Below are positions 12,640-25,700 of a stretch of 64,000 bases of DNA, piece after piece. Made by a program: the position numbers and the translations under genes. The stretch's first letter is position 1. Every line of letters begins with the position of its first letter. Origin of the DNA: Daphnia carinata (Eukaryota); the NCBI RefSeq assembly GCF_022539665.2, contig NC_081333.1:3038001-3102000 (forward strand), read 5' to 3'. The notes beneath the pieces are model-generated. The model saw nothing but the letters and a program-made list of their open reading frames with translations, searched no databases and was not told where the DNA came from.

Positions 12640-13098
12640 TCAGGGCAAACATAACGTTGGGGACACCATCCTAAGGTATTCATTAAACCAATCTTGGCAT
12701 TTTTTCAACGTCGCCAAGATGGGCGTGGTTGTTCCATTATAAGGGTGATCTTGCGCCAAGGTTAGCAGTTTCTGAGGTGAGGTGTGAATTCTCCCAACAA
12801 CTAGTTTCGGCTTGGGACCAACTGGAACACTGCCTGTTGTCCGGAGAGCCTCAATTCGTCCGGCCTCGTTTTCTACAGCTTCAAATGTAAACACGCGCTC
12901 ATTACGAAGAAACCGGGCAACTAGATACCATTGATGGAAATGGATATTGTCCGTGTTTCTAGTGATGGCCAGCAAGATGTTACTGATGAGCGAAAAATCA
13001 GCCGGTTTCGTATACAACAGGATCTCGCATTCACCAACCGTATCGTCCGACTCTTCACAGTCCTGAACGCGGTTCTTTTTCTCATTACCTGCTGTCAT
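12640..13098 (-). CDS. 152-aa protein, candidate permuted papain-like (PPPDE/LRAT-type) peptidase
   Basis: Single-exon ORF; HFHQW strand precedes a KKCQDW helix-start Cys, the His-before-Cys order of permuted NlpC/P60 proteins. Confidence 0.5.
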   Translation of the reverse strand: MTAGNEKKNRVQDCEESDDTVGECEILLYTKPADFSLISNILLAITRNTDNIHFHQWYLVARFLRNERVFTFEAVENEAGRIEALRTTGSVPVGPKPKLVVGRIHTSPQKLLTLAQDHPYNGTTTPILATLKKCQDWFNEYLRMVSPTLCLP

Positions 13099-13808
13099 TT
13101 TAAGCCTTCACCTTCCTATCAGTTTTCGACATATTGTTCATAAAGATAACAAGAAACATTTGGTTATTGAAAATATTAATCGATACCTTTGATATTAGTT
13201 TTTAAAAAATTAATGAGGGGGATAGTGGAACATACCTCTGAGGAACTGTCTGTTGGCCTCTAGTTACGTGACGAATTGGACGGCCCACCAACGTTCAATG
13301 TGTCGGCTGTGCAACAAAAAAACTAGCAGGCATTCGTTATAGGCTTGCTCAGTTATTGCTTCATCATATAGACACATCTTATCTGAGGCATGCATGCTAA
13401 AATAACAAAGTGTTAGATAAAGTGACATTCGTTTAGACGGTCGATATTCACTAAATACCGTAGGTTATAAGGATATTTTGTGCCAACTGACCGAGGTCGT
13501 TCAAAGATAGAAAATTTATTAGAGCCAGTTATATTTTGCAATGGGAATCCGTAAATATGTGAGCACGGAAATAGTTTTCCACGAACCCGTTCAAAAATTG
13601 ACGCTCCACCATAGATCCTGCACACTATGATGAAATTTAGCGCAGTTGATAAATTTAAGGAAACACACTTTAAAAAGGATGTGGTTGTTGATTACAGTAT
13701 ATAACTGGGGGGAAAACTGGCAAAGTGAATAGCATTTGCATTAAGCTTTTTTTTCTTAATGTTTCAGAGCCAGATGACAGTTAGGCTTAGGAAGGCGTCG
13801 ACGACATT

Positions 13809-15660
<1,852 letters not shown>

Positions 15661-15895
15661 AAATTTTCGGAAAATCAACGAGATCCTCTAGAGCTATGTT
15701 GGCTATTTCCTTGATGCGCAGAAAATTATTTGGTTCTGTAATATAGGCACATATTAATTTAAAACTATTGGCATTTTTATAATTTGATTATGTTGCAATT
15801 GGTTGTTGAATCGCGTCTTGTCCAAATGAATGGCTTGTATTTTGTAATGCCCTGCTTAAGTGAATTACATGGCATGAATATCACTGCACAGGGGG

Positions 15896-16980
15896 TTAAA
15901 GGGATCCAGAATCTTCAATATGATATGTCCCAGTGTTGTTCTCGTGAGGTCGTAAAATGCTAATGACCCTCGATAAAGCCCACCTTTCTTCTGGCTTCAA
16001 TTTGGTCATATTATATATAATTTCATGGGCAAAATGAGTCTGGCCCAATTCTGTTTTCCAATACAAGACAATAGATGGTATATAAATTTTAATCTCAAAA
16101 ATTAAAAATTGCGCAACTTACTACTTAAATTGACTGGTTTTCCACGCATAATGTTGGGAATGATTAAATTCTTGGATCCGAATAGATGCAATCCATTGGT
16201 CAGAAACGAGAAAAAGACCAGACCCAAAGCATATATATCACTGGACACGGTACCACGCCCTCTTAGACCGTCAGGATCACTACTACTAGGATGTTGATTT
16301 TCCAAATCCAGAATTTCTGGGGCCTAAAACAAAATGATTTTTAAGTGAAAATGGTTTAACGCGATCATATTTATATACCGTCCAATAATGCGTTGCTTTG
16401 ATCCCGTTAATCGACATGGCTTCCTTCTTACTCAACGGTTTACACAGGCCAAAATCAGACCATTTCACTAGCACAGGTTCCGTTAACGAGATCAAGACGT
16501 TCTCCGGTTTGATATCACGATGAACGAGATCCTTGGAATGGATGTATTCCAGTCCGTTTGCCAATTGTAGGAGAATTTCGTTATCAGGTGGTAAGTATCC
16601 TTTGTATTTTCTAGAATCTCTATCGGCCAAAAAGCATTGATCGAGAGAGGCAGCACAGAGTTCCAACGCAAAATACCTGTTGAAAAATGCAATATTTTAG
16701 TAATCTTATAAACCATAAATGTAAAAACATTATACTTGAAAGTTAAGTCTTCTTCCATGTGGTAAAGCTTAATCACGTTGAGATGACTTAAACTTGCAAA
16801 CATCTCTTCTCCTTCCTTTTGGACAGCTTCTTTCTGCATGCTGGCCAGTTTAAGTCTTTTAACAGCAACGGGGATGTTGTCATCAAAAGATCCTCGAAAA
16901 ACGAATCCAGCAGTTCCTCTACCCAGAATGGCATTGTCATCGTAACTGAGCTTGTCACTGACGCTAATTATTTTCTCCAT
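15896..16980 (-). CDS. IRE1-like Ser/Thr kinase (kinase only), multi-exon
   Basis: LGRGTAG, VAVK, LELC, HRDIKPEN, DFG, APE, SDIYALG..GLHLFG, last exon KPEERW. Confidence 0.82.
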
Positions 16981-17924
16981 GGTCCGATGTTGTTCCACTA
17001 CAGTGCGTCTAAGAAGAAATGAAACTTTTCATGTCTTCAATCGAGACGATAGGATGTTTAGACCCAGTTAGGAACAGGGTTGCAGCCATTGCCTCCTTCA
17101 AAATAGCTGATACGATATCATTGCTATGATTTCGTGCGGTTTCAACTCGACCCACTTGTGGGTGCCATTGTCGGGGTGTTGTTTGGTTGCAGTACATCTC
17201 CACACACACACACACACACTCCTTATCGTTTTGGTTGTACACCATTATTAACGTGTGGGTTTGTCACGAAAAAAGTTTCACCACTTTTAGATAATAGGAA
17301 ACGAGCAGCTGTAAAATGTGCCGACAAAATCGGGATGTGTGAGGAGCACTGAACGCAAAATTTGAGACACTTTATCGCGTTTCGACACCTTGACTTAATG
17401 AAGCCCGGAAGTGTTTGACAGTTGTGTACGAGCCGAGCGCAATCGTTAAACTGAGCCCTTAGCCATTTTGATCATATCCTCCGGTGTAGTCAAAATTGCG
17501 GAATTTGGTTTGCAGAATATTCTGTATTTTAGAGGTTATGAAAATAAAGGGAAGGTCAAGGACGAAAGAAAAGGTAATATTGAACAATAAGCTTTTGGGG
17601 CAGGGTGAGAAAATACCTTTGGTGGGCGTTTATTATATTTGGAAGTTAGGGTATACATATTGCGCCTCGTGGACAAAAAAACAAGGTCGAAAGAATTACG
17701 CAACGAAAAACATATCTCACCCTTTTTTATGTATCTGAGAATATATGCATAAATTTTAAATACATTCTTTTAAAGCATTTAACCCACCTGTTTATAAATA
17801 ATCCCCTGTTCTCTGGCTTACAATTTATTTTTGAAATTTTATAGAAACCCTGCATCTCTTACTAGAGACAATCAAACTTCCAGTAATTACAGCATGAGCC
17901 AATTGCGATTTCTAGTTCTTGAGA

Positions 17925-18510
17925 TATTAAATTCAAAGTGGTTGCGCTTAAAACACTTTAACTCCGCTCTATTTAAAAATCTATACAAGTACCGGGAAAA
18001 CTAATATTTTATTCCGAATCAGCGTTCAAACTAGGTTATGACAAGATATGTTTCATAGAATTCCAAGTTTAAATTTTACGGCTGGCTAAAAAAATAAGCC
18101 CGACTAAAAAAAATAAGCCGGACTTTTTTCTTTTTTTTTGTAATTTTTTTTCAGACCTACATATTGCTATAAAAGTACGCAATTTATATTGAGAATTTAA
18201 TGAGGATGTCGAACATCATGTTTATTTCGATGTGGGATGTGTAGTTTGTGAGTTATCCAAATTCAAAGTAGTTGATCTAAAACCACTTCAATTCCGTTTT
18301 TATTCAAAAACTGCTTAACTGGCAGGAAACTAATATTTTATTATGAATTACCATTCACATTAGATTATAACAGGATAAGTTTCATCGAATTCCAAGTCTA
18401 ATTTTTTTTTCGATCCAAAGTCAGGCATGAAAAATAAGCCGGACAAAATAATAAACCCCGCTTTTTCTTTTTTTTTATAATTTATTTTAAACCTACATAT
18501 TACTATAAAT
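17925..18510. repeat. Degenerate tandem duplication of about 330 bp, possibly a non-autonomous transposon remnant
   Basis: AAATTCAAAGT..AAACTAATATTTTATT..GAATTCCAAGT..AAAATAAGCCGGAC..ACCTACATATT occurs twice in the same order. Confidence 0.65.
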
Positions 18511-19067
18511 GTTGATAATTGTTATGGGTCCACTTACCGATTAATAAGATAAGATTTCTCCTTACCTCTCGTATCACATGGATTAATTTCACTGAAAATT
18601 TAACCGGTAAGTGATAAAGTACTTATCCAAGTGAATTTAAACATGAACTATGATGGTCTATGATATTTACAGTTGTGGCGCATTTGCCACCTATCTTCCC
18701 GTTCAGCTCGATTAAATTGTTCTACAACTGTACGAACTTACCCAAGGTCGAACGAAGGTCCAAGTAAACCAAGGCCCAAGACAAACAAACTACAATCAGA
18801 TAAGTCTTTCCAAACCATGTACTTGATACCCATAATATAACAGGAAGAAAACTGAGTTCAGACATTACACATAAATAAAATCAAACTCATTAGCATGCAT
18901 TTGTTTTGTTTATTTCAAGGTAAACTGCAGAAGGAATTGGTAGAAAAGAATGGTATGAAATATGTTAAAAACATGTAACGAGAATCGATTTTCATCGCAG
19001 AAATTAATTTATTGGCTTACTGGATGTTCAACAAACGTCGGAGGCCAAACAAATCTCATGCAGCAAT

Positions 19068-19982
19068 CTATAATTTAAGAGACGCTTTTACGTTTTCCAA
19101 CGTAAGTCTTTTTTCGGGATCCGCTTCAATCATACCTTTAATCAAAGGTAAGGCGTAATCATGCTTCTTCTCTAAGCCTATCAAAGAAATGAAAATAGTT
19201 AGCAACAACAATTGCACAAATCAAAATTTTAAGCTTATTACTTCCTAAAAACTGATTGTTGCTAATTATATTTAATGAAATGGTGTGAATAGAGCCATCA
19301 GAGAAGGGATGTTTGCCTTTGGTGAGGAAAACAAAAAAGAGACAACCCAAAGAGAAAATGTCGCTAGTGATGTTACCACGAGGCCTCTCACCGTCAACGC
19401 CCATCACCTTCAACATTTCAGGGGCAAGAAAACGTTTGGTTCCTTTAGAACCTTGACTCATAGAGAAACTTCCGTTTTCTGAAGCAGGTTTACAAAATCC
19501 GAAATCGGCAATTTTCATCACCACTTCATCACCGACTAGAGCAAAAAGCACGTTCCCAGTACTTATGTCACGATGGACCAAGCCCCTGCCGTGGATATAG
19601 GACAACCCGTCAGCCATTTGGTACAGGGCGGAAGAATCAGCAGGCCTTCTCCCGTCGTACTTACCTTCACAGTAATCATTTACTGTTGCTAGTCCGAGTT
19701 CCAAAATTAGATATCTAATAGGATAAAACGGTATAAGATTAAATGATACGTACTAATTACATTCTTATTAAATGACTTGAAATTTTCATCCTCTTCAACA
19801 GCATGGAGTTTCACCACATTCTGGTGGTGCAGGCCTTTCATGGCACTTTCCTCTCTATCAGTGAGCAGATCGTGAAGTTGAATCCGTTTGACGGCAACAG
19901 TAATATTATTCCATCTCCCGGCGAAAACTGGCCCATACGCACCCTTCCCTAGAATCTTTTTACGTTCAAGTGTAAATGACAT
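19068..19982 (-). CDS. IRE1-like Ser/Thr kinase (kinase only) with atypical catalytic loop HRDISTGN
   Basis: LGKGAYG, VAVK, DFG, LAPE, SDIFSLGCLF..GKHPF, DPEKRL; three exons. Confidence 0.82.
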
Positions 19983-20319
19983 GATTTGTCTTAAATGGAC
20001 CCACTGTTTTTAAATAGGATGCAACTGGTATTATCAACCAACCTAGAATACCCACATATTTACGGACAAACTACCTTAACCACTATCTTAGATAAAAGAA
20101 AAAACATTTGATATACTATCTCCTGACTTAAACAGCAGTACGATGTATGTATTTCAGTTTTATTCACGACTCGACGTCATAAATGTTACATAATCAATGT
20201 CCCATTTGAAGGGAATGGAACATGATTTCCACCCCACAGCAAACCAAGGATAAACCTGTCGAAAAAAAAAGGCAAGTTTAGCTGGAATAAACGTTGCAAA
20301 CATCATACTACGATTAGAA

Positions 20320-20392
20320 AAATCAGAAAGTGTTAAATGGTTGTCTTATCATTCGTCTCTGAGAGATTCCCACACAAAAATTCATCATTACA
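20320..20392 (-). ncRNA. Box C/D snoRNA, SNORD79-like
   Basis: C ATGATGA, D' CAGA, C' ATGATAA, D CTGA; guide GTGGGAATCTC complementary to conserved 28S GAGAUUCCCAC. Confidence 0.78.
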
Positions 20393-20530
20393 GAAAGAAA
20401 GCTTCGACGCTAAATTAACACTCACCTATACAACGTAAACTGGTAACCCCAACGAAACGAACATCGCCAACCCCTACGAAAGAAACGCAAAATTAGTCTA
20501 TGCGGGAGACAACGTAATTTCGTTAAACAA

Positions 20531-20614
20531 CTTGCTTTCAGCAATAAAAATAATGGTTTCATTAAAGCATCTTTTGATGCATCAAAACTCTAGCCTAAGT
20601 TCTCATCATGCAAA
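20531..20614 (-). ncRNA. Box C/D snoRNA, possibly SNORD28-like (18S)
   Basis: C ATGATGA, D CTGA, TTGC/GCAA terminal stem; guide AGGCTAGAGTT before D' TTGA complementary to arthropod-type 18S ACUCUAGCCU. Confidence 0.65.
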
Positions 20615-20780
20615 TGAAACAATCTTAAAAAGTAACTTTACTCACCGTAAGTGTAAAAATCCAGTACATTAACCGGGCCCGACCGCCCGAAGTCACAAAC
20701 TGGAGAACGTCCCATGTAAATACACCACCTGAGAAAAACATAAACCGTCAGGACAAATAAGGAGAAACAACAAGAATCGA

Positions 20781-20858
20781 AAGCTCAGCTCTATCAGAGT
20801 CAAGTTGTATAATCAATGGATTCAGGTGAAACACGGATGACAATAACATCATTTGCTA
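20781..20858 (-). ncRNA. Box C/D snoRNA targeting the 28S UGAAACACGGA region (near the U18 target)
   Basis: C ATGATGT, D' CTGA preceded by TCCGTGTTTCA, D CTGA, AGC/GCT stem. Confidence 0.72.
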
Positions 20859-20983
20859 AATCTCGAAAAAATCTGCCCAACACTCACCATTCGCACGTAC
20901 GCCAGTGTTGGTATAACTGCAGTCGAAGATTTACACTGAAAAGAAAAGATACCGTTAAATCTAAAGGTAATGGCTTCCTAGGC

Positions 20984-21113
20984 AATTGTTGGAGGTTCAT
21001 TCCAGGACGGCAAGGAATATGCACATTACAGTCCAACGATGCAAACGCTTCCAATTATGATTTAGGCATTAAACGACCAGCACGTGTATAGAGAACGCCA
21101 GCTGGAGATACCG
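20984..21113 (-). ncRNA. Candidate box H/ACA snoRNA
   Basis: Intronic; hairpin, H box AAATCA, TTGGA/TCCAA hairpin, ACA plus 3 nt; about 130 nt. Confidence 0.5.
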
Positions 21114-21214
21114 CGCGCCAATATACTGAAAAAGCCTTACCTGTGCGAATACTAAGTCGGCTTCCCAGAAACCAGACTACCGTGCGTTCACTGCTCGATA
21201 TGCAGGACCCCTAA

Positions 21215-21345
21215 AAATGTAATCAGATTGTTACTTACATTGCCAAATGAGCTTCAACAATGCTACACACTATTCTGACAATACTGTCCCCCTCATGTAT
21301 AGCCACCAACCTTACGTGAAGTGGAAGGTGGTAAAGTTGAGGGGT
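21215..21345 (-). ncRNA. Candidate box H/ACA snoRNA
   Basis: CCCCTCA/TGAGGGG lower stem, pocket, ACCACCTT/AAGGTTGGT upper stem, H box ACAGTA, second hairpin, ACA plus 3 nt. Confidence 0.62.
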
Positions 21346-21551
21346 TAGTTATGGCTCCAAAAATACACTTACCGCAGAATTAGCAGTTACGTCTCCCGAA
21401 CCATCGTCGTAAATCGACAGAATTACAGCACAATCCATTTGGGAATCTGCCCGCAGCCCAAACACTTGGACGCCTGTATAAACAGAAAACATCCAATTTA
21501 AAAATTGTAACTCAACCAGAAACATGGTAAATAATCATGTTAAGTAGCAAA

Positions 21552-21633
21552 TGCTTCAGTGGAACGTTATATATACTGCATTTTGTTTCTCAGATGGGGA
21601 AAGAAGACATAAATAACGTATCTCATCATTTCC
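21552..21633 (-). ncRNA. Box C/D snoRNA, SNORD12-like
   Basis: C ATGATGA, D' CTGA preceded by GTCTTCTTTCCCC complementary to 28S GGGGAAAGAAGAC, D CTGA. Confidence 0.78.
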
Positions 21634-22054
21634 AACACAATTCCACACTAGCATATACAAATAAAATGTAATCACCTCAATAGTCCAGCATACATTCCAG
21701 TCTTCAAAAATGTGGAATGTGCAAGAAAAAGTACCTGCAGAACAAAATTCTAGCTTTAAACCAAATATGAATTAAAAATTAAGAATGGATGTTCATTTAA
21801 TTTATCTGGTCTTTACGACATCAACAGCCAAATTTTACGGGCCTGAAGATGTGAACTAAACCAGAAGAGAAATGAAGATTTCTTACCTGCGAAGTCTAAG
21901 GAAACTACACCCCACAGCAGCAGTTTTTCCATCAATTTGCCTGCCATGGATACCCCAATCCAATGTGACACCTAGCTTTCTTTACCTGCAAATAGACCAA
22001 CAATTTTAGTTTTAAAAGCAATTTTCATCTTTCAGATAGATTATATATTAATAT

Positions 22055-22128
22055 TGCTTCAGATTAATCCATTCATCAAATATGATCAGAGACTCTAGTT
22101 CGGTTTCAATGGATATATCATCACATAC
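22055..22128 (-). ncRNA. Box C/D snoRNA, SNORD52/snR78-like
   Basis: C GTGATGA, D' CTGA preceded by ACTAGAGTC (28S GACUCUAGU), C' TTGATGA, D CTGA. Confidence 0.72.
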
Positions 22129-22709
22129 GAAAAAAGCTAGAACACGTGGCAAAATTGCTATACGACAGAAAATAATGGCTTGGTTTCCAGTATGTTTTTG
22201 CATACACAAAAATGAAAAACTATTTCAAGACAATAGTTTTAGCAATAACAGGAAATGCAACTACAGCGCTTTTCTCAAATATGACTACATTTTCTTTTCG
22301 AATTACTTACTAATTCCACCATGAGTATGCTGATCCAATGCTTGGGAGAGAATGTTAAATTAGACAGCATGATGCTGCAGAAGACAACTAATCAACTACA
22401 TTTCCAAATCCCTAAACACACTTCAATGCCTTCCTTTTAAATCACAGAATATTACTGATCAGTTATCAGCGTAGAATAAATCACAATTTTAATTTATAAA
22501 TTAATAAAATGTTATCTTATTTAATAAAATGCCAATCAGCATTACTTAGTTGTTTTCAATGAAAATGTTTAAGGATTTTTCGATTTTTCTCTGTTGCCAG
22601 ACTTTATGCGAATGTTTGCCGAATTTGAATAAGTACAGTATGTGGATCAAAATATTTTATATTCACCAAATCACAATACATGATACACACCAGATTTACA
22701 TAAAATATC

Positions 22710-25700
22710 TTAGGTAGGGAGATTATCGGTAGCCGATGGAATTTTAGTAGTTGCAACTTCATCATATGCAATGGTGAAAATAGACTTCTTCTCGAGAAAA
22801 CGACTCCGGTTGCTTCCATTGCCTAGTTGCTGTTGAGAGTTGAGAACAATACCAGAATCATGGTCGTCCTCGGTTAACAATTTGTTTGATTTTGCTAACG
22901 ATGCCGAAGCAGCATTGACGACTGTATTACGACCAGAATTGCGCTGTGAGCGATCGTTGCTACTTGCACTTTCTGTTTCGTCACCATCCGCCATGATTGG
23001 ATTTCTGCTACTCGATTTCGTCCTGGGTTGTTTTTTGTTGTTTTTCTTATTTAAATTCAATTTATGACGCAGAAAGCTCGACCGGTTATTGAAATAAGGC
23101 AATTCCCGTTCCAGCTCTTTGATTTCCTTTGAAAAACTATCAGGTCGCTTGACCGACATACTGGCTTCCCTTATGGCCGGATTCACTGTATCTGTTTGAT
23201 GCCATGCCTGTCTAGCTCCTCTCTCCACATCTGGCGGAAGGAACTGTCGTTGCCCGCCCACATTTCTTCCACCAGTATGATGGAAATCGAATAGACCCTT
23301 TGGTCGAAGGTAGAAACTTGATCCGGTTTGCATTTCGCGTTCGAGGGCGCTATCCGTTTCTTCCAGTATGGGACTTTGGACATACTTGTTGAGACTATTA
23401 CGATGTTGCTGTTCCGTGGCAACCCGCCAATTAAGAGCCATATGCTCTTCCATGCATGTACGATGTGGGAAGTTGATCATCGATTTGGATGAGTTGTTGA
23501 CATCAATTTGATCGATCTCTGATTCGTTCAGTCTTGGCTCACTGTTGCTCCTCCTAACTGTTTTGCATTGCGTATCAGTCGATAAGCGACGGTTGCGCGG
23601 CATAGATGTGTCCAGCTTCATTACATCGGCATTGCCCATCCGCTGATAATAGAATGCATTTTCACCAACACCGTGGTGACTAGCTGAGTCTTCCGGGTGG
23701 ATTTCAAGGAATTCCATGTCAGAATGCTCTTCAGCATACTGTCGAGTCCGCGACTGATCATAACCAGCAGCTTCCTCGGAGTACATATGTTGCATTCCTC
23801 CATTAGCATTCTGAATTCGGAAAGCACGCCTGTGAGAGTCAGGTTCCGGCAAAGTCGCCATCCGATCTCGAGTTGTTCTCCGGATTTGAGTCAATCTTTT
23901 ACCGCCACTCCAAGCCTCCTTTCGGCCTTATTATACATTATATTTAGATCGATGAAGATCAGTGTATAAAACTGTTATTTCAATTCGATTTACCTGGTGT
24001 AGTCAAGTCTGAAGTTTGGCCGCTTCTCCCGTCAACGACCATAAGTGGCCGAACGCCTCCGCCAAAACGACCAATCTTTTTACTGTTTTGAGTCACATAA
24101 AACATTATTTATGTGTAAAAAAATGAAATGAAATAACTTTTTCACCGGTCATTATAACAGTAGCAGCCCGGACAGCAACAGCATATAGCTAAAAAGATCA
24201 TTGTTGCCAGAAAAAACAGGAGAAAAGCAATCAAGAGCCATAACAGCACGTTGTTTTTATATCGATATTCCCGTTCCTGGAATTCATTAAACGATTAGTA
24301 AAACGAAGAAATAATCAAAAACGCTTTTTGTCTTACTATGGAAACTCCGCCGTTTAAATCGAATTCGTTCGAGATTAATGCGTCTCTGATACGTTGAACA
24401 TCGACGATGGCGGCGTGTGGAGGGAAACGGACTGTTGCAACTAACCGGCTCTTGTGGCTAACAGGAAATAAATCATGTACGAAAATGAAGTGGCACTTTG
24501 ATTTAAATTTGGTAAAATTATTTACTTGTTGGGGTCCTGGCTGTCAATCCTTTTGCTGAGTGCTATAATTTCATCGAGATACGGCTGGACGTTGTTGATG
24601 GTTGTAGGTGCGCCAGTAAGCAAACTTAATAACATTTCCATTTTTCTGATGTCTTCTTCTCTTTCCGGTAGTGAGTCCATTCGCTTTGGCACCAGAAAGT
24701 GAATGCTGCGTGCAACGACTTCCTGAGTATAAATTTGTACGACCGTTTCTGCATGCAAATGAGGGACACCCAAATCATAGGCTCGGACTTGAAGCTGAAT
24801 TAAAGATGGCAAGTTAGTCGATGTCAGAGGCGCCATCAACGTCACTTCGCCTTCAAAAAGGATAATTATAAATTGGATTGTGAAGCTGCGTGAATATTGT
24901 TAATTTTTTTAATTTACGTGAACTGTTTACCTGACATTTCGCTAATTTTAAACTTGGATTCAAAGTTGCCTCTAACGATTTCGTAACGAACCGCTCCGTT
25001 AGTTGGACTTGTATCGTTATCGATTGCCTTAATAGATTTTAAAATTTCATTTCTACATAAAACGATTGTACAGAATTAATATTCCTCTTATACCTGGACA
25101 ACAACTTTGGAAGTTAATCGGCTCAAATCTGGCGTTAAGTTAGTTTCGTAGGGCAGGCCAATGAATTGGGGTGCGTTATCGTTAATGTCTAGAAGACGGA
25201 TAATAACCGGCACTGTGGCTGAACGGCCAGTTCCTTCCATGTCCCTTGCTTCCACCGTCACTGTAATTTCTTTTGAATAAAACAATCATCGTTACGAATG
25301 TCTACTGATTGTCAGACATTTGATAAGCTGCGCGCCTCACCTGGTGACGTTTCACGGTCCAGCATGACGCCAGAGCCGACTGTTATTAAGCCGGAAACGG
25401 GGTCTAGGACAAGGGCCTTTGAAAAGATGCCGTGCAGTTGCGTGTAGCGAACCGTTCCGTATCGACCGGAGTCGGAATCGGTGGCTCTGACCTAATGAAC
25501 CTTCTTTCTATAATGAGCCGATGAACGATCGTTCAGAACTGGATAGTACTTGGATGACTACTGTTCCGGGCGAGGAATGTTCTGGTATTTCGGCTATGTA
25601 CGTGTCCTTTTCAAAGACGGGGATGTGGTCATTGTCATCGGTTATGTAAACAATCACGTCTACCGTGCTAACTTTGTTACTCCCATGCTGGACTTCTTCA

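Larger units (their letters stand above)
20140..22600 (-). ncRNA. Multi-exon non-coding snoRNA host gene (UHG/GAS5-like architecture); ends approximate
   Basis: Short exons bounded by ag and gtaagt/gtgagt sites with no long consistent ORF; introns carry C/D or H/ACA snoRNAs; AATAAA near 20160. Confidence 0.7.

Noticed and set aside
17009..17245. ORF upstream of the third kinase, with a (CA)n tract
   Set aside because: Microsatellite-driven sequence; at most a 5' leader or uORF
21015..21025. GCATATTCCT resembling the U17/snR30 m1 motif
   Set aside because: The m2 motif AAACCAU is absent and the RNA is too short
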